Assembly (NCBI GenBank): GCA_963717505.1
Contig: OY970342.1
Coordinates: forward strand, 1,120,001-1,184,000
DNA from: Candidatus Eiseniibacteriota bacterium
GTDB taxonomy: Bacteria > Eisenbacteria > RBG-16-71-46
Direction: 5' to 3'
DNA length: 64,000 bases
The translations under genes were made by a program, and so were the position numbers. Shown in pieces: positions 61,756 through 64,000 of the stretch. The notes below the pieces were generated by a model. That model searched no databases. It was not told where the DNA came from and was given only the letters and a program-made list of their open reading frames with translations. Within the stretch, counting starts at the first letter, position 1. The number at the start of each line of letters is the position of its first letter.

Positions 61756-63039
61756 CTAGAACGACGCCTGCAGGTGCAGGAACCCCTTGTCGTGCACCAG
61801 CCAGACGTCGTAGGGCTCGGGGTCCAGCTCGACGCCTTCGACTCCGGAAACCAGGATGCGCCCGAAGCGCGCCGAGAGCCCGACGAACAGGCGCGACTCC
61901 GTGCGCGAGCCGTAGCTCTCCTGGTAGATCACTCCCGACTGGGCGATCGAGATCCGGTCGTAGAGCCCGCCCACCCGCATCTCGATCCGCGGATGCGCGA
62001 GCCACTCGGCTTCGACGCCGATCATGCGGTCGACGGCGTCGAACACGCCCGGCACCGCGCCGAGCGGTGGATCCTGACGCTGGTATCGCTCCTGATAGAG
62101 GTAGCGGCCTTCGACGTTCCAGCGCGGCGAGAGCCAGCGGCGCAGCGCGGTTTCGGCCGACCACTTCCGCCGGAACTTGCCGTTGTCGCCGAACGTCGAG
62201 CCCTCGACCATGTCGGTGCCGTCCGCTTGCTTGTTGTAGCCGCGGGCCTCCCACTCGAAGCCGCCGCCGCGCAGCTCGACCTGTCCGCGCGCCAGGGTTC
62301 CCCACAGCGTCACCAGCCGGTCGGGATCGACCTCGGCGGGGTCCGGGATGCGCTTTTCCGATGGCGTCAGGTAGCGGCCCTCGACTTCCACGCGCGCCGC
62401 CGGCTTCCGGAGCGTGAAGAACAGCCCCGGCTCGTACGGACGTTTCTCGTAGGGCTCGGACGTGTCCCCGACTCGCGTCTGCCGAAACGCCCACAGGTTG
62501 TTGAACGTGTCCTCGAAGATGAACTGGGCGCGCGCCTGGACCTCGGTCGAGTCGGCGCCGGTTTCCCACGCCACGCCGAAGTCCTGTGTGCTCTTGTCGA
62601 ACAGCGGCCGGAACATCGCCGACACGGTTCCGGCGCGAATCGGGAACCGGAACCACAGGTCGAGATACTGGTGCTGGGATTCGTCGGACTCGTTCTGGTC
62701 GTAGTCGATCGCGAACCGGGCCTTGTCGCCCATCGGCGTGCTGAGCTTCATGTCGGTCTCGATGATCCACTGGCCCGAGGTCAGGCAGCCCTGGCCGGTA
62801 CGAAACGCCAGCGGCGACCGTTCCCAGTCGTCGCGCCAGCGCCGCGGCGAGCGGGTCAGGTAACGGTCGAGCAGCGCTTCGTCGTCTTCTTCCTGCTGCT
62901 CGACGTCGAAGGTTTCGAACTCTTCGCTGCCGCCGAGAACCGGCGCGGGGTTGGCCAGGAGACAAAGGATCGCGAGCGCCGCTCGCGAGTGTCCGAAGGA
63001 AACGCTGCGTCGAACGCGGGGAGCGCCGATGTCCGCCAT
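61756..63039 (-). CDS. probable outer-membrane beta-barrel protein of unknown function
   Basis: Signal-like N-terminus, acidic segment, amphipathic strands, C-terminal LHLQASF. Confidence 0.72.
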   Translation of the reverse strand: MADIGAPRVRRSVSFGHSRAALAILCLLANPAPVLGGSEEFETFDVEQQEEDDEALLDRYLTRSPRRWRDDWERSPLAFRTGQGCLTSGQWIIETDMKLSTPMGDKARFAIDYDQNESDESQHQYLDLWFRFPIRAGTVSAMFRPLFDKSTQDFGVAWETGADSTEVQARAQFIFEDTFNNLWAFRQTRVGDTSEPYEKRPYEPGLFFTLRKPAARVEVEGRYLTPSEKRIPDPAEVDPDRLVTLWGTLARGQVELRGGGFEWEARGYNKQADGTDMVEGSTFGDNGKFRRKWSAETALRRWLSPRWNVEGRYLYQERYQRQDPPLGAVPGVFDAVDRMIGVEAEWLAHPRIEMRVGGLYDRISIAQSGVIYQESYGSRTESRLFVGLSARFGRILVSGVEGVELDPEPYDVWLVHDKGFLHLQASF

Positions 63040-63062
63040 CGCCACCTCGCGGGTGGCTGCGG

Positions 63063-63716
63063 TCACCGCTCGGCCCGCGTGGTCGCGAAGGGCCGGACCA
63101 GCTCGACGAATGCCCGCGCGCGCCGAGTGATCTCGACCAGGCTGCCGGCGGCGGCCAGCGCCGGATCCGCGATCGCCGCGCCCAGGCCGACGCCGACGCA
63201 GCCGGCCTCGAGGAACGGCACGGTGTTGTCGAGATTCGTGCCGCCCGCGGCGAGCATCGGCATGTCGGGCAGCGGATCGCGCAGGATGCGGATGTAGTTG
63301 GGTCCGCCGGCCACGCCGACCGGATATACCTTGATGACGTGCGCCCCGGCGTCGCGCGCCGCGATGATCTCGCTGCTGGTGTAAGCACCCGGAACGTAGA
63401 GCACGCCCGCGCCCAGAGCCGCGCGCGCGACGTCGCGCGAGAAGTTCGGAGCGACGATGAACTGGGCGCCCGCGGCGAGTGCGGCGCGCGCCTGTTCCGC
63501 GTTGAGCACCGTACCGGCGCCGACGACGGCGTCGCGGGTGCCGGCGAGCGCGCGCATGACGTCGGGCGCGTCCGGAACCGTGAAGGTGATCTCGACCATG
63601 GGAACGCCGCCGGCAACCACGGCTTTGGCGGCTTTGAGCGCGGCTTCGCGCGACGGGGCGCGAATCACCGAGATCAGGCGGGTCTCGCGGAGGGTGGCCA
63701 GCGCAGTGGGTTCCAT
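63063..63716 (-). CDS. eda: KDPG/KHG aldolase
   Basis: VIR, EITF, GAGTV, GAQFIVAP, K.YP, GG motifs. Confidence 0.92.
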   Translation of the reverse strand: MEPTALATLRETRLISVIRAPSREAALKAAKAVVAGGVPMVEITFTVPDAPDVMRALAGTRDAVVGAGTVLNAEQARAALAAGAQFIVAPNFSRDVARAALGAGVLYVPGAYTSSEIIAARDAGAHVIKVYPVGVAGGPNYIRILRDPLPDMPMLAAGGTNLDNTVPFLEAGCVGVGLGAAIADPALAAAGSLVEITRRARAFVELVRPFATTRAER

Positions 63717-63779
63717 GAAGGTGGAGCCTAGCATTGGCGCTCGTCGGGCGCGACGCCGGGTTGTGGCAGTATCCGGCCC

Positions 63780-64000
63780 ATGGCGTTCCGGCTTCCGCAG
63801 AATCCATGGCTTCGCGTGGCGGTGTTCGCGGCGTCCGTCGCCGTCCTCCTGGTCGTCGTGGCGTGGGCCGCGGTCGCGATCTTTCTGCCGCCCGCCAAGC
63901 TCAAGCTGATGATCGAGCGCCGTCTGGCCGCGGCGCTCGCGCGCGACGTGCGCTTCGCGGAAGCGACCGCGAGCCTGTGGCCGCCGGTCCGGATCACAGT
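63780..64000 (+). CDS. AsmA-family protein N-terminus, 3'-partial
   Basis: MAFRLPQNPWLR..., TM anchor, then IERRLAAALARDV...SLWPP; open to the window end. Confidence 0.65.
   Translation, partial: MAFRLPQNPWLRVAVFAASVAVLLVVVAWAAVAIFLPPAKLKLMIERRLAAALARDVRFAEATASLWPPVRIT

Overview
High-GC bacterial chromosome segment from a diderm (several outer-membrane beta-barrels, OmpA, phosphate porin). A Candidatus Eisenbacteria/FCB-like lineage is my guess from gene style, not something the sequence proves. The window spans the replication origin (dnaA-oriC-dnaN-dciA-gyrB-[beta-barrel gene]-gyrA, no recF or rpmH). It also holds a full Pho locus (phoBR, porin, two pstS, pstCAB, phoU), groESL, rex, nadE, thiL, ogt, eda, two tandem secreted metzincins, and a cluster of atypical elongation factors. 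That cluster has a long TPR/Tudor-GreA fusion, a Rho with an intact ATPase but no canonical RNA-binding domain, and an EF-P with a PGNW tip and two compensating indels. I found no rRNA, tRNA, CRISPR or transposase. The best leads are the RNA-binding-domain-less Rho, four unassigned 250-480 nt structured intergenic segments (three with promoter-like elements), a degenerate sigma54 activator, a catalytically dead LexA-like repressor coupled to an ArfB-like factor, and many apparently leaderless genes. All family calls come from motif recognition by eye; no database search or RNA folding was run.
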